Part shown: in pieces, positions 44,253 to 53,659 of the stretch | Layout of the letters: every line of letters begins with the position of its first letter | Position numbering within the stretch: position 1 is the stretch's first letter | Source of the DNA: Candidatus Limnocylindrus sp. | GTDB taxonomy: Bacteria; Chloroflexota; Limnocylindria; Limnocylindrales; Limnocylindraceae | Assembly: GCA_040397175.1 (NCBI GenBank) | Contig: JBBAWM010000001.1 | Span: forward strand, 281,976-345,975 | DNA length: 64,000 nucleotides | Reading direction: 5' to 3' | Translations under genes and position numbers: made by a program | The notes under the pieces: generated by a model | Database searches by the model: none | Told to the model about the DNA's origin: nothing | Seen by the model: the letters and a program-made list of their open reading frames with translations, nothing else

Positions 44253-45689
44253 ATGGCAACGATTGCCTCGTACTTCCAGCTCAAGAAGCGTGGGACGACG
44301 GTTGGTACGGAGATCCGTGCTGGCATCACCACATTCCTGGTGATGGCGTACATCATCTTCGTGAACGCGAACACTGTTTCGCAGAGCAACGCCGCCCTTT
44401 CGGGGGTTCCAGGCGTCCCAGGCTTCCTGCCAGTTGCGGTTGCAACGGCGTTGGCTGCTGGCGTTCTGACAATTGCGATGGGACTCGTCGCAAACTATCC
44501 GTTCGCCCTTGCTGCAGGCCTCGGCTTGAATAGCACCGTGGCGTACGGACTCATCCTCGGCAAGGGACTGCCATGGGATCAGGCGATGGCTGTGATCTTC
44601 TGGGAGGGCGTGCTCATCACCGTTCTGGTGTTGACCGGCTTTCGCCAGGCGATCCTCGAAGCGATTCCACTTCAGTTAAAGCGCGCCATTGCGGTCGGCA
44701 TCGGCCTCTTCATCATGATCATCGGCCTCAACGAGGGCGGTATCGTGGTCAACGGACCAACGCCACTGACACTTGGTAGCCTCACGACCCCAGCAATCCT
44801 GACGTTCATCATCGGCTTGGTGATCGCACTAGTGCTGACGGCGCGCAAGGTGAAGGGCTCGCTGCTCTTCTCCATCGTTGGCGCAACGGTTGCAGCCGTG
44901 ATCTTGAACAATCTCTACGGTCAGGACATTGAGGGCCCAATCAATAGCGCGGGCTTCCTCGACGTTACGGCAAAGCTGCCGAGCGATCTTTCACAGTTGA
45001 TCTTCAACTTCAACGCCGAGAACTTCTCGACGATCGGTAAGCCGCTCGGCGCGATCTTCACGGTGTGGCAGAACGGCGTCGGCGTCCTCTCGGTCGCCCT
45101 CGCAGTCTTCACCTTGATGTTGAGCGACTTCTTTGACACCGCCGGCACGATGGTCGGCCTCGGCGAGCGCGCCGGGCTCACCAATAGCAAGGGTCAGCTC
45201 CCGGGCTCGGACAAGGTCCTGCTCGTCGACTCCCTCGCTGCTGCAGTCGGTGGTGCGTTCGGCGTCTCGTCGAACACGACCTACATTGAGTCCGCAGCGG
45301 GCATCGAAGAGGGCGGTCGTACCGGCCTCACGAGCGTCGTTACCGGACTGCTCTTCTTGGCTGCAATCGTGATTGCGCCAGTGACGGGCATTGTGCCAGC
45401 GCAGGCGACGGCTCCGGCCCTCGTTCTCGTTGGCTTCCTCATGTTCCAGGTAATCAAGGACATTGAGTGGAAGAACGTCGTTGACGGCTTCCCAATCCTT
45501 GTGACGATCGTCATGATGCCGTTCACCTACTCGATTACGACCGGTATCGGTCTCGGGTTTGTAACGTACGGCTTCTTGAAGGTGGTTACCGGTAGTGCCC
45601 GCGATGTGAAGCCACTGATGTGGGTTTCCATCGTTGGGTTCTTGCTCTACTTTGCCCTGCCGTATTTGCAGGCGACCCTCGGGTTCTAG
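44253..45689 (+). CDS. NCS2 family AzgA/PbuG-like guanine/hypoxanthine permease
   Basis: TEIRAGITTFLVMAYIIFVN, GLGLN, DFFDTAGT and TTYIESAAG...GGRTG; ATG 44253 with GGGGAGG. Confidence 0.93.
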   Translation: MATIASYFQLKKRGTTVGTEIRAGITTFLVMAYIIFVNANTVSQSNAALSGVPGVPGFLPVAVATALAAGVLTIAMGLVANYPFALAAGLGLNSTVAYGLILGKGLPWDQAMAVIFWEGVLITVLVLTGFRQAILEAIPLQLKRAIAVGIGLFIMIIGLNEGGIVVNGPTPLTLGSLTTPAILTFIIGLVIALVLTARKVKGSLLFSIVGATVAAVILNNLYGQDIEGPINSAGFLDVTAKLPSDLSQLIFNFNAENFSTIGKPLGAIFTVWQNGVGVLSVALAVFTLMLSDFFDTAGTMVGLGERAGLTNSKGQLPGSDKVLLVDSLAAAVGGAFGVSSNTTYIESAAGIEEGGRTGLTSVVTGLLFLAAIVIAPVTGIVPAQATAPALVLVGFLMFQVIKDIEWKNVVDGFPILVTIVMMPFTYSITTGIGLGFVTYGFLKVVTGSARDVKPLMWVSIVGFLLYFALPYLQATLGF

Positions 45690-45725
45690 GTTGTAATTGA
45701 GAGGCCCGCGCGGCGGGTAAGCGAG

Positions 45726-45755
45726 GAGCCGGCCCCTTTGGGGGTCGGCTCTTTT
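45726..45755 (+). terminator. Intrinsic terminator
   Basis: GAGCCGGCCCC-TTTG-GGGGTCGGCTC stem-loop followed by TTTT, between convergent genes. Confidence 0.85.
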
Positions 45756-45774
45756 GTGTTGCTGGGAGAGCGAG

Positions 45775-47352
45775 TTACGCGATGTGCCCCGCTTCGCTTG
45801 GCGGCAGCGTGTAGCCGAGATCACGGAGGATCTGGCGGCTGGCGATGTACCCCGAGAGCATGACGAGTGGGATGCCGCCGCCTGGCTGCGTGCCGCCACC
45901 GGCGAAGTAGGCGTTGCGCAGATCACTGGAGCGGTTTGCAGGTCGGAAGTAGGCGCTCTGGAAGAAGCTTGCCGCAAGCGCAAAGATCGAGCCGTCGTGG
46001 CAGCGCTGCTCGTTCTCAAATTCGAGCGGCGTCCAATCGGCGACCTCTTCGATCTCTTCGGGCTTCAGGCCGGTGCGTTCGCAGACGCGCTTGATCGTGG
46101 CGGCGCGATATTCGTCGCGGTGCTCCACCCACCAGCTGCGATCTTTCAGTGGCGGCACCGGGGTCAGCACATAGAGGGCGCTGCGGCCGTCGAGCCTCGC
46201 GGTTGGATCGGTAGCGGCAACGTGCTGAATGTAGAGCGTTGGGTCGCCGCTCGGCACGGGTGAGTCAATGATGCGGTCGAGCTCCTCGTTCGGGTTCTCG
46301 GGGTGCCAAACGGTGTGGTGGGCGAGCTCGGGGAAGGTGCGCTTCACCCCCAGGTGCAGGATGTAGGCGCTCGACGACGGGGTGATGTGCCTGAAGCGGC
46401 GGCGGCTGAATAAGCCAAGGTGCTCGTCGCCGATCAGGTCGCGATGGGCATGCACGATGTCGGCGTTGAAGAGCACCGCATCGGCCTCAAGACGCTCCTC
46501 GCCCGGCTGGTTCGGTGCGGCTGGGCCGCTGCCGAGCGCGCGCGTGTCGCTGCGCGGGGCGACGCGCAGGGCGCTGATGCGCTTCTTGCTGATGATGCTG
46601 CCGATCGCATCGGTGCCGTAGCGGAACTCCACGCCGAGCCGTCGGGCGAGCCGCTCCATGGCGAGTGGTGCCTCATGCATGCCCCCCTGCGGATGCCAGG
46701 TGCCGAATCTCGCCTCGATGTACGGAATCGAAAGAAATGCGCCGGGCACGCTCTGTGGCGTTGAGCCCAAGTAGATGGACTTGTAGCGCATCACGTGGCG
46801 AATGCGCTCGTCGTGAAAGGTGCTGTTGATGCGGCGACTGTACGGCGTGGCGGCATCGAGACGAATCCCCGCGAGCCACGACATCGGCGCCAGCAGGCTG
46901 AGTGGGCTGAGCGACTGACGGAAGAAGGTCTGATCGAGTTCGCGCCAGAGCTTCTCGCCGCGACGCATGAAGGCGGGAATCCCCGCCGCATCGCGCGGAT
47001 CGAGCGCACCAAAACTTGCGGCGAGTTTGGCAAGGTCACTCGACGTTTCCAGCACGCTGCCGTCGGCGAAGAAGGTGCGCGATGCAGGCTCTACTTTGAG
47101 GAGCGTGAGATCTTCGCTGCGCTTCGCGCCAGCGGCGCTCCAGAGTTGATCGAAGAGCTCTGGAAGGGTGAAGATCGTGGGGCCGCTATCCCAGCGATAC
47201 GGGCCGATCTCGCGGCGGCCCATCTTGCCGCCGGGGCGTGTGCCGCGCTCGACCACGGTGACCTGCACCCCTTCGGCGGCGAGGCGAATGGCGGTGGCGA
47301 GCCCAGCGAGGCCGGCGCCCACAACAACGACGCGCTTCGGCGCGCCGCTCAT
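45775..47352 (-). CDS. crtI: Phytoene desaturase family (CrtI-like) carotenoid desaturase
   Basis: GAGLAGL, PGGK, DSGPT, FNAD and AGGGTQPGGGIPLVMLSG; could instead be a CrtD-type paralogue. Confidence 0.8.
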   Translation of the reverse strand: MSGAPKRVVVVGAGLAGLATAIRLAAEGVQVTVVERGTRPGGKMGRREIGPYRWDSGPTIFTLPELFDQLWSAAGAKRSEDLTLLKVEPASRTFFADGSVLETSSDLAKLAASFGALDPRDAAGIPAFMRRGEKLWRELDQTFFRQSLSPLSLLAPMSWLAGIRLDAATPYSRRINSTFHDERIRHVMRYKSIYLGSTPQSVPGAFLSIPYIEARFGTWHPQGGMHEAPLAMERLARRLGVEFRYGTDAIGSIISKKRISALRVAPRSDTRALGSGPAAPNQPGEERLEADAVLFNADIVHAHRDLIGDEHLGLFSRRRFRHITPSSSAYILHLGVKRTFPELAHHTVWHPENPNEELDRIIDSPVPSGDPTLYIQHVAATDPTARLDGRSALYVLTPVPPLKDRSWWVEHRDEYRAATIKRVCERTGLKPEEIEEVADWTPLEFENEQRCHDGSIFALAASFFQSAYFRPANRSSDLRNAYFAGGGTQPGGGIPLVMLSGYIASRQILRDLGYTLPPSEAGHIA

Positions 47353-48278
47353 CGGCGCTGCAGGGCGGCGCGACCGACCGAGACGCCGAGGGCGATCGCG
47401 CTGCCCGCCATCGCCAAGAGCCCGGCGGGGATCGCCGCATCAACGTTCACGCTCAGCAAGACGAGCATCGTGATGGCGGCTCCGAGGGCAACGTTGGTAA
47501 TCAAGAAGAGTCGATAGAGGCGACGCCCCGCCTCACCACGAGCGTCGCGGCCGATGAGGCAGAGGGCGAGGTAGGGGAGGGCGAGCAGCGCTGCTGCGGG
47601 TGTTGCCGTGATGGAGGCGACGCCGAGCCCCACGAGCGCGAACCAGGCGGCGGCAAAGAGCGCCGTGTTGCGACGGCCAAGGAGCACCGCAATGGTGCGC
47701 ACGCCAGCTGCGGCGTCTTCATCGCGATCGGTAATGGTGGTGAGCGCGTGGGCGCCAATCCCCCAGGCGGCGAAGACGAGCACCGGTGCGTCGATGAGGT
47801 TGGTGCTTCCTGCTGCATGCAGGCCCACCTGCAGCGGAATCGCGTAAAGCACGTTGGTGAGAGAGTCCAACACGGGTCGCCCCTTGAGACGCGTTGGCGG
47901 AGCGTTGTAGCCGGCGGAGAGGACGAGCAGAACTAGGAGCGAGACGAGCGTGAGCGGGGGGCAGGTCGCGGCCACATAGATGAGGAAGGGGGCGAGAAGG
48001 AGGGTGCTGATGATCGCGTGTCGCGCGAGGAGCGGCTTTGGTGTGAGCGCCCCCTCAACGCCGCCCTTCCGTGGATTGCGCGCGTCGGTCTCAAAGTCGA
48101 AATAGTCATTCGGCGCGTGCAAGAAATAGTTGTAGGGGAAGAGGAAGAAGGCGAAGAGCGCAACATCGCTTGCGACAAGGTGGCCGCGCAACCCGATTGC
48201 GCCCCACAGGAGTGGCATCGACGTATTCAGCCAAAGCAGTGGCCGCGAGATCTCAATCGCCTTCAGTAGGTTGCGCAT
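47349..48278 (-). CDS. crtEb: UbiA-family prenyltransferase, lycopene elongase (CrtEb/LyeJ)-like
   Basis: SRPLLWLNT and NDYFDFETDARNPRKGGVEGA closely resemble actinobacterial CrtEb motifs; coupled to a crtI-like gene. Confidence 0.8.
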   Translation of the reverse strand: MRNLLKAIEISRPLLWLNTSMPLLWGAIGLRGHLVASDVALFAFFLFPYNYFLHAPNDYFDFETDARNPRKGGVEGALTPKPLLARHAIISTLLLAPFLIYVAATCPPLTLVSLLVLLVLSAGYNAPPTRLKGRPVLDSLTNVLYAIPLQVGLHAAGSTNLIDAPVLVFAAWGIGAHALTTITDRDEDAAAGVRTIAVLLGRRNTALFAAAWFALVGLGVASITATPAAALLALPYLALCLIGRDARGEAGRRLYRLFLITNVALGAAITMLVLLSVNVDAAIPAGLLAMAGSAIALGVSVGRAALQRR

Positions 48279-48409
48279 GGGCCCTCCTTTGTTCTCCCCT
48301 CATCGTAGGGGAGGCGGCTACACTTGGTCTCTATGCCATGCACCGCCGCGCACGCAACACCGCAGCACCCTAGGTTGGGGCTGATCGCCACCGGCAAGGA
48401 GGCTGTGCG

Positions 48410-49120
48410 ATGACGCGCCGCCGCACACCCCACGAGGTGCTCGGCGTGGCGCTCAATGCAAGCGCCGATGAGATTCGCGCCGCGCGTCGACAGCTCGCCC
48501 GCGAGCATCACCCCGATCGATTTATGGATGACCCGACGAGTGCGGCCGCGGCAACCCGCGAGATGGCCCTCATCAATGCCGCCGCCGAAGCGCTTCTCGC
48601 CGAGGCATGGGCCTCCGACGGGGTCGCTGCGCCAGAGCCACCAGCCAAGGGTGGGCATAAGCCCGAACGGCCGGTCACGGCGAGCGTGGTCATCGATGAT
48701 GCCCCCGCGGCAAACATGCGCACCAGTCGGCCGGCGCCAATCAACTGGCGACCAGAACAACCGTGGGCGCCGCGTGCGCCGCGCGGCCCTGTCGGACCAC
48801 TCCCAGGATCGCCCGCCGGCCCGGTGGAGCGAAGCTTCGCGCCACTCCCCGACGACTACCGACGCCCAACCTTGAGCGAGGCCGCCGCAACGCTCTTCGC
48901 CTTTGGGCGCTACGAAGGCGCGACCGTTGGTGACGTTGCGCGGCGCGATCCGGGGTACCTGGTCTGGTGCGCCGATAACGTGCGGCGTGATCCGGAGCTG
49001 GTGCGCGCGGCGAATGTGGTGCTCGATGATCTAGAAGCTCGTGGCACTCCCCACCCGCCACGAGGGAGCACCAGGCGCCCAACCGCGCCGCTCTTCGATC
49101 CCAACAGGGAGTTGGAGTAG
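48410..49120 (+). CDS. J-domain protein with Pro-rich linker and C-terminal FG(K/R)Y.G domain (DUF3820/ExoX C-terminal-like)
   Basis: PHEVLGV...HHPDRF...INAA; FAFGRYEG.TVGDVARRDPGYLVW. Confidence 0.8.
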   Translation: MTRRRTPHEVLGVALNASADEIRAARRQLAREHHPDRFMDDPTSAAAATREMALINAAAEALLAEAWASDGVAAPEPPAKGGHKPERPVTASVVIDDAPAANMRTSRPAPINWRPEQPWAPRAPRGPVGPLPGSPAGPVERSFAPLPDDYRRPTLSEAAATLFAFGRYEGATVGDVARRDPGYLVWCADNVRRDPELVRAANVVLDDLEARGTPHPPRGSTRRPTAPLFDPNRELE

Positions 49121-49125
49121 GCGTC

Positions 49126-49722
49126 ATGATGAGCCCAATGCGAACCCTGCTTGCTGCACTGCTCTTGGCCATCGCGGCTGGTGCCTGCGCGCCAGCAACG
49201 CCACCCGACGGCTCGCTGCCGTGCAATGAGACGATCGACCAACAGCGCGCCGCAGGTTTCGACACGTTGCTTGAGGCGGCCATTCCCGTGGCGAGTTGGG
49301 ATGCAACCCCTGTCACTGTGGATTCTGGACGCGAGTGCTCACCCGCGCGGCTCGGCCCGCTCTGGGGCGCCGGCATCCGTGAGTTGCGTTCCGCGGGAGC
49401 CATCTTCGAGCTCCCCGACAAGACGGGCTACACGCTAGTGGTCTACTCCGCGAGTGGGCTCACGCTCGCGAATCTCGCGTACGCCTTTGAACGCGGTGCG
49501 CGGGGCGGGCGCAAGACGCAGGGCTTGACGATCGTTGACGTTCGGGTTGGCAACTGGCCCGGAAAGCAGTTCACGTTGATCAACGGCGATCACCGCCAGG
49601 TGATCACGCTCTTTGATGCGGGCGAACCCAATCGCGTGCGCGCGCTGCTAACGTCGGATATCTCCAACGCGCTCATTGCCGATCGCCTCGCCGCGTATGC
49701 CGCGGCGCTGGCCACGCATTAA
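49126..49722 (+). CDS. Hypothetical lipoprotein
   Basis: Hydrophobic signal ending AGAC; two further Cys. Confidence 0.65.
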   Translation: MMSPMRTLLAALLLAIAAGACAPATPPDGSLPCNETIDQQRAAGFDTLLEAAIPVASWDATPVTVDSGRECSPARLGPLWGAGIRELRSAGAIFELPDKTGYTLVVYSASGLTLANLAYAFERGARGGRKTQGLTIVDVRVGNWPGKQFTLINGDHRQVITLFDAGEPNRVRALLTSDISNALIADRLAAYAAALATH

Positions 49723-49725
49723 GGG

Positions 49726-50058
49726 CTAGGCGAGCTCCTTCAGCGCGAATCGCGTCTCTAGCTGTTCGGCAGTCTGGAAGCCAACGGCGCCAACTGGCTG
49801 TGCGCCCGCCCCCTTGAAGTAGGCGATCGTGGGGATCGACATAATGTTGAAGGCCTGCTGCAGGGCTGGGTTCTCATCAACGTTGACCTTGACGATCTCA
49901 ACCTTGCCGTCGTACTGCGCGGCGAGCTTTTCGAGCTCTGGGGCAACGAGCTTGCATGGGCCACACCACGGCGCCCAGAAGTCAACGATGACCGGGCGAC
50001 CCGACTCCATCACGTCCTTCTGGAATGCTGCATCACTCGTGTGCTTGATCTCCGCCAT
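49726..50058 (-). CDS. trxA: Thioredoxin
   Basis: DFWAPWCGPC, KVNVDEN and SIPT; ATG 50058. Confidence 0.95.
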   Translation of the reverse strand: MAEIKHTSDAAFQKDVMESGRPVIVDFWAPWCGPCKLVAPELEKLAAQYDGKVEIVKVNVDENPALQQAFNIMSIPTIAYFKGAGAQPVGAVGFQTAEQLETRFALKELA

Positions 50059-50175
50059 GGTTCCCCCTGTGCTCTCTCTGCGGCGGAACGGTCCCTCCGC
50101 CTTCACCGCCATCATAGCGACCACCCGTCGGGAGACCCTCCCGTATGGGGTGCGCGGGGCGGGTACGATGTACCC

Positions 50176-50817
50176 ATGCGCATGAAGGGGACTCCGGTGG
50201 TTTCCGTTACGCCCGCCCCAGGGGCTGAGGCGTCGATTGCTGATGCCGCCAGTGCCATCCTGCGCGCCATCGGTGAGGATCCAACCCGCGATGGGTTGGT
50301 GGAGACCCCAGGCCGTGTCGCGCGCGCCCTGCTCGAGCTGACGAGCGGTTACGCCGGTGACCCCTACGAGATTCTCGGCACCGTCTTCGAAGAGCCGGCG
50401 GGTGCTCCAGCTGGCGACCTTGTGGTGGTTGAGGGGATCCCGTTCCACGCCCTCTGTGAACACCACCTCCTCCCGTTCCCTGGCGTGGCCACCGTTGGCT
50501 ACGTGCCGAGCGGCCGAATCGTCGGCCTCTCGAAGATTCCACGCCTTGTTGATGCCTTCGCTCGACGACTGCAGGTGCAGGAGCGACTCACCGCGCAAGT
50601 CGCCGATGCACTGAACGACGCTCTTGCCCCCGCAGGCGTTGGGGTGCTTATCAGCGCCGAACATCTTTGCCTCGCGGCGCGCGGCGCTCGGCAACCCGGC
50701 GTGGTGATGACAACAGAGGCGATGCGCGGCTCACTGCGCACCGACGCCGCCCTACGCGAAGCGTTGGCGCGCGCCCATGATCGCGGCGTGGCGCGACGCG
50801 AGGGGCTCCATGGCTGA
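50176..50817 (+). CDS. folE: GTP cyclohydrolase I
   Basis: GEDPTRDGLVETPGRV, CEHH, GLSKIPR, LQVQERLT and HLC. Confidence 0.93.
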   Translation: MRMKGTPVVSVTPAPGAEASIADAASAILRAIGEDPTRDGLVETPGRVARALLELTSGYAGDPYEILGTVFEEPAGAPAGDLVVVEGIPFHALCEHHLLPFPGVATVGYVPSGRIVGLSKIPRLVDAFARRLQVQERLTAQVADALNDALAPAGVGVLISAEHLCLAARGARQPGVVMTTEAMRGSLRTDAALREALARAHDRGVARREGLHG

Positions 50818-51217
50818 GCGAACGACGCCGATTCGGGTGTTGATCGCTAAGCCTGGCCTCGACGGCCACGACCGCGGCGCGAAGGTGCTGGCGCGTGGAC
50901 TGCGCGACGAAGGCTTTGAGGTGATCTACACAGGGCTACGTCGCACTGTTGATGCGATCGTTGCTGCCGCCATCGAAGAGGACGTGGATGTGGTCGGCTG
51001 CTCGATTCTCTCGGGCGCCCACGCAACCCTGCTGCCGAAGTTGGTCGCAAGCCTTCGCGCCTCTGGGGCGAGCGACGTGCTCGTGGTGGCGGGTGGCATC
51101 ATCCCCGAGGCCGATCGTCCAGAGCTGGAGCAGGCTGGCATCTCGGGGATCTTTGGGCCAGGAACAACCATCGCCGAAGTGGCTACCTTCCTACGTGCGA
51201 ATGCCCGTCGACGCTAA
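50810..51217 (+). CDS. Stand-alone cobalamin-binding subunit of a methylmalonyl-CoA mutase-like enzyme
   Basis: KPGLDGHDRGAK (DxHxxG), SILSGAH, GGIIP and FGPGT. Confidence 0.9.
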   Translation: MAERTTPIRVLIAKPGLDGHDRGAKVLARGLRDEGFEVIYTGLRRTVDAIVAAAIEEDVDVVGCSILSGAHATLLPKLVASLRASGASDVLVVAGGIIPEADRPELEQAGISGIFGPGTTIAEVATFLRANARRR

Positions 51218-52127
51218 GCATCTCGCGGCGCGCCGCGAGCTGGCGCAGGGGATCAGCGCCGTTGAACGTGCTGGACCAGCCGCCGACCAACGTATAGAGG
51301 AGGCGCTCGCCGCATCGGCTGCGGACGCGCGCAGCGCCCTCGTTGTGGGGCTGACTGGTGCACCGGGTGCGGGGAAGAGTTCGCTCGCCGCAGCACTCGC
51401 CGATGTGGCGCGTGCTGGCGGTCGTCGCGTCGCAATCTTGGCGATTGATCCGAGTTCGCACGAGAGTGGCGGTGCGCTCCTTGGCGATCGCGTGCGCATC
51501 GACGAACATCCCGATGATGACGGTCGCTTCACGCGCTCCATTGCCACGCGCGGCAGTGGCCGATCGCTCGCGCATGTTGCCGCTGCGGCAACGATGCTTG
51601 TTGAGGCGGCTGGGTTCGACCTGATCTTCGTCGAGACCGTTGGCGCCGGACAAGCAGAGATCGGTATTGCGCGGCTCGCGGATGTGCTGCTCGTGGTTGA
51701 AGGGCCAGAGGGTGGTGACGAGGTACAGGCGATGAAGGCGGGGATCCTCGAGGTTGCCGACATCGTTGCCGTGAATAAGTCTGATCGCCCCGGCGCACAA
51801 GCGGCCTTCGATCGCCTCCACAGTGGTTTGGCACTCGGAGCAGGTGCCCCGCAACTCGCGCTTGTCTCTGCGACCGCTGGCGCCGGTATCAGCGAACTCT
51901 TGGCGACCATCGACGAGGTGGGCGCCGGTCGCGGAGTGCGTGGACGCATTCGCCGTGTCGAAGCGCACCTTATTGCAGCCGCCCAGTCACACCTAGATGT
52001 ACAGGTCCGCGAAGTGACGGCAAGTGGTGCGCTCACGACGCGCGCCGAACAGATCGTTGCTGGCGCCCAATCGTTGACCGGTTCACTCACTGCGCTCTTT
52101 GGCATGAGCGAGACGCCCGATGCGTAA
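51201..52127 (+). CDS. meaB: MeaB/ArgK GTPase (mutase chaperone)
   Basis: GAPGAGKS, IDPSS, GALLGDR, ETVGAGQ, QAMKAG and NKSD. Confidence 0.92.
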   Translation: MPVDAKHLAARRELAQGISAVERAGPAADQRIEEALAASAADARSALVVGLTGAPGAGKSSLAAALADVARAGGRRVAILAIDPSSHESGGALLGDRVRIDEHPDDDGRFTRSIATRGSGRSLAHVAAAATMLVEAAGFDLIFVETVGAGQAEIGIARLADVLLVVEGPEGGDEVQAMKAGILEVADIVAVNKSDRPGAQAAFDRLHSGLALGAGAPQLALVSATAGAGISELLATIDEVGAGRGVRGRIRRVEAHLIAAAQSHLDVQVREVTASGALTTRAEQIVAGAQSLTGSLTALFGMSETPDA

Positions 52128-53064
52128 GCGACTTGTTGCTGGTGCGCTCGCGGGACTCATCGTTGCTGCACTCGGTGGCGTGGGCGGACCAGCGCTGCGC
52201 TTCGATGCGCCGATCCCTGCGCCGATCCTGGTCGGCCCGAACGACGCATCACTTCCGACTTTGAACCTTGTCGTTCTTGGGGACAGCTACGCGTCGGCGG
52301 CGCTCCCGTTTGATCGCGGCACGTTGCAAGTGCTTGGCGCGCCGAGCGTCTGTGCCCGCGGGCCAGCCTGGCCACGCCTCCTAATGCCAGCCAACATGCG
52401 CCTCTCGCTGACCCACGTCTCGTGCAGTGGTGCCGTGGTTGCCGATCTGGTCGATCGCCGCATGCGCGCCGGGGAGCCGCTCCAGGTGCAGGCGCTTACC
52501 GCCGACACCGACATCGTCATGCTTGGCATCGGCGGGAACGACGCCGGTTTCTCTGAGGTTTTCGCCGCCTGCCGCACCGAAGATGCGGCCGCCTGCGCTG
52601 CCGCGGGCGAGCGGATGAAGCCCCAGGCGGCAGCCCTGAGCGGCACCCTGGTGCGCCTCTACCGCACGGTGTTGGCTAAGGCGCCAAACGCCATCGTCAT
52701 TGTGGTCATGTACGCCGATTCACTCCCTGCGGCGGGCACCCCCGGCCTCGACGCATGCACCGCTCTCCGCGCGCCCGGCGACAGCATCTCTGACGCCGAC
52801 TTGGGCGTGCTCGCAGAGTGGGGGAGTGACATCGCGAACCGCGTTCGTGGGGCAATCGCGACCGTCAACGACCCGCGTCTGCGCGTCGCCGACCTTGCCG
52901 ACGCCTTCGCCGGCCATCGCCTCTGCGACCCCGAGCCGTACCAGTGGGGGAGGGATGGCGAGATCCCGTTCCACCCGAATGCGGCGGGTCATGCGGCCCT
53001 GGCAGCTCGACTCTCCGCGGTGCTCGATGCCCTTGTTACCGAGGGGGCAGTCGCGCGCCGGTAG
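52120..53064 (+). CDS. Secreted SGNH/GDSL hydrolase
   Basis: GDSY, SCSGA, GGND and FHPN; N-terminal signal/anchor. Confidence 0.88.
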   Translation: MRKRLVAGALAGLIVAALGGVGGPALRFDAPIPAPILVGPNDASLPTLNLVVLGDSYASAALPFDRGTLQVLGAPSVCARGPAWPRLLMPANMRLSLTHVSCSGAVVADLVDRRMRAGEPLQVQALTADTDIVMLGIGGNDAGFSEVFAACRTEDAAACAAAGERMKPQAAALSGTLVRLYRTVLAKAPNAIVIVVMYADSLPAAGTPGLDACTALRAPGDSISDADLGVLAEWGSDIANRVRGAIATVNDPRLRVADLADAFAGHRLCDPEPYQWGRDGEIPFHPNAAGHAALAARLSAVLDALVTEGAVARR

Positions 53065-53105
53065 CCCCGTAGCACGCTACGCCCCGCTCCTCTATCCTTC
53101 CGCGT

Positions 53106-53180
53106 GGGCCGGTAGCTCAGCGGTAGAGCAAGTGACTCTTAATCACTAGGTCGTGGGTTCGAATCCCACCCGGCTCACCA
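53106..53180 (+). tRNA. tRNA-Lys (CTT)
   Basis: Acceptor GGGCCGG/CCGGCTC, anticodon arm AGTGA-CTCTTAA-TCACT, GTTCGAATC and CCA. Confidence 0.95.
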
Positions 53181-53256
53181 AGTAGGGATCTCCCTCTTCG
53201 TTGCAGTTGCCCACTGCAGCACATCCAGAACCGCCCGAAGCGGCTACGATGAATGC

Positions 53257-53658
53257 ATGCAATTGACCTACGCTCCTGGCGCCTGCAACATTGGTCCCGA
53301 CGAGATCGCGCGTCGCAAACGCGTCGCAATCGCTGGCTCTATTGCCACCGTGGCTCTTGCGGCCGTGCTCCTACTGATTGGTTCGCCCGCCGGTGATGCG
53401 ACCCGCCTCATCGTGGCACTTCCCTTGACGGGCGCCGCGATCGGCTGGATCCAGGCGCAGCGACGCTTCTGCATGGCATACGGGCTGGCGGGCACCTTCA
53501 ACCTTGGAAAGATTGGCGAGATGAGCCGCGTCAGCGACCAGGCGGCACTCGCTGCCGATCGCCGAACCGCTCTCATCATTGCAGCGCAGGGTCTGGCCAT
53601 CGGCGTGGTTGGCGCTGCGCTCTTCTTCTTGCTACCGGTCGCGCTTCCCCGCATTTAG
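53257..53658 (+). CDS. Hypothetical three-TM membrane protein with two Cys
   Basis: GACNIGPDEIARR and QRRFCMAYG; hydrophobic helices; TACGAT 6 nt before ATG. Confidence 0.75.
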   Translation: MQLTYAPGACNIGPDEIARRKRVAIAGSIATVALAAVLLLIGSPAGDATRLIVALPLTGAAIGWIQAQRRFCMAYGLAGTFNLGKIGEMSRVSDQAALAADRRTALIIAAQGLAIGVVGAALFFLLPVALPRI

Positions 53659-53659
53659 C

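Noticed and set aside
50129-50175. Palindromes CGGGAG-ACC-CTCCCG and GGGTAC-GAT-GTACCC between trxA and folE
   Set aside because: Could be operators, but they are short, GC-rich and seen only once; not enough support to call.
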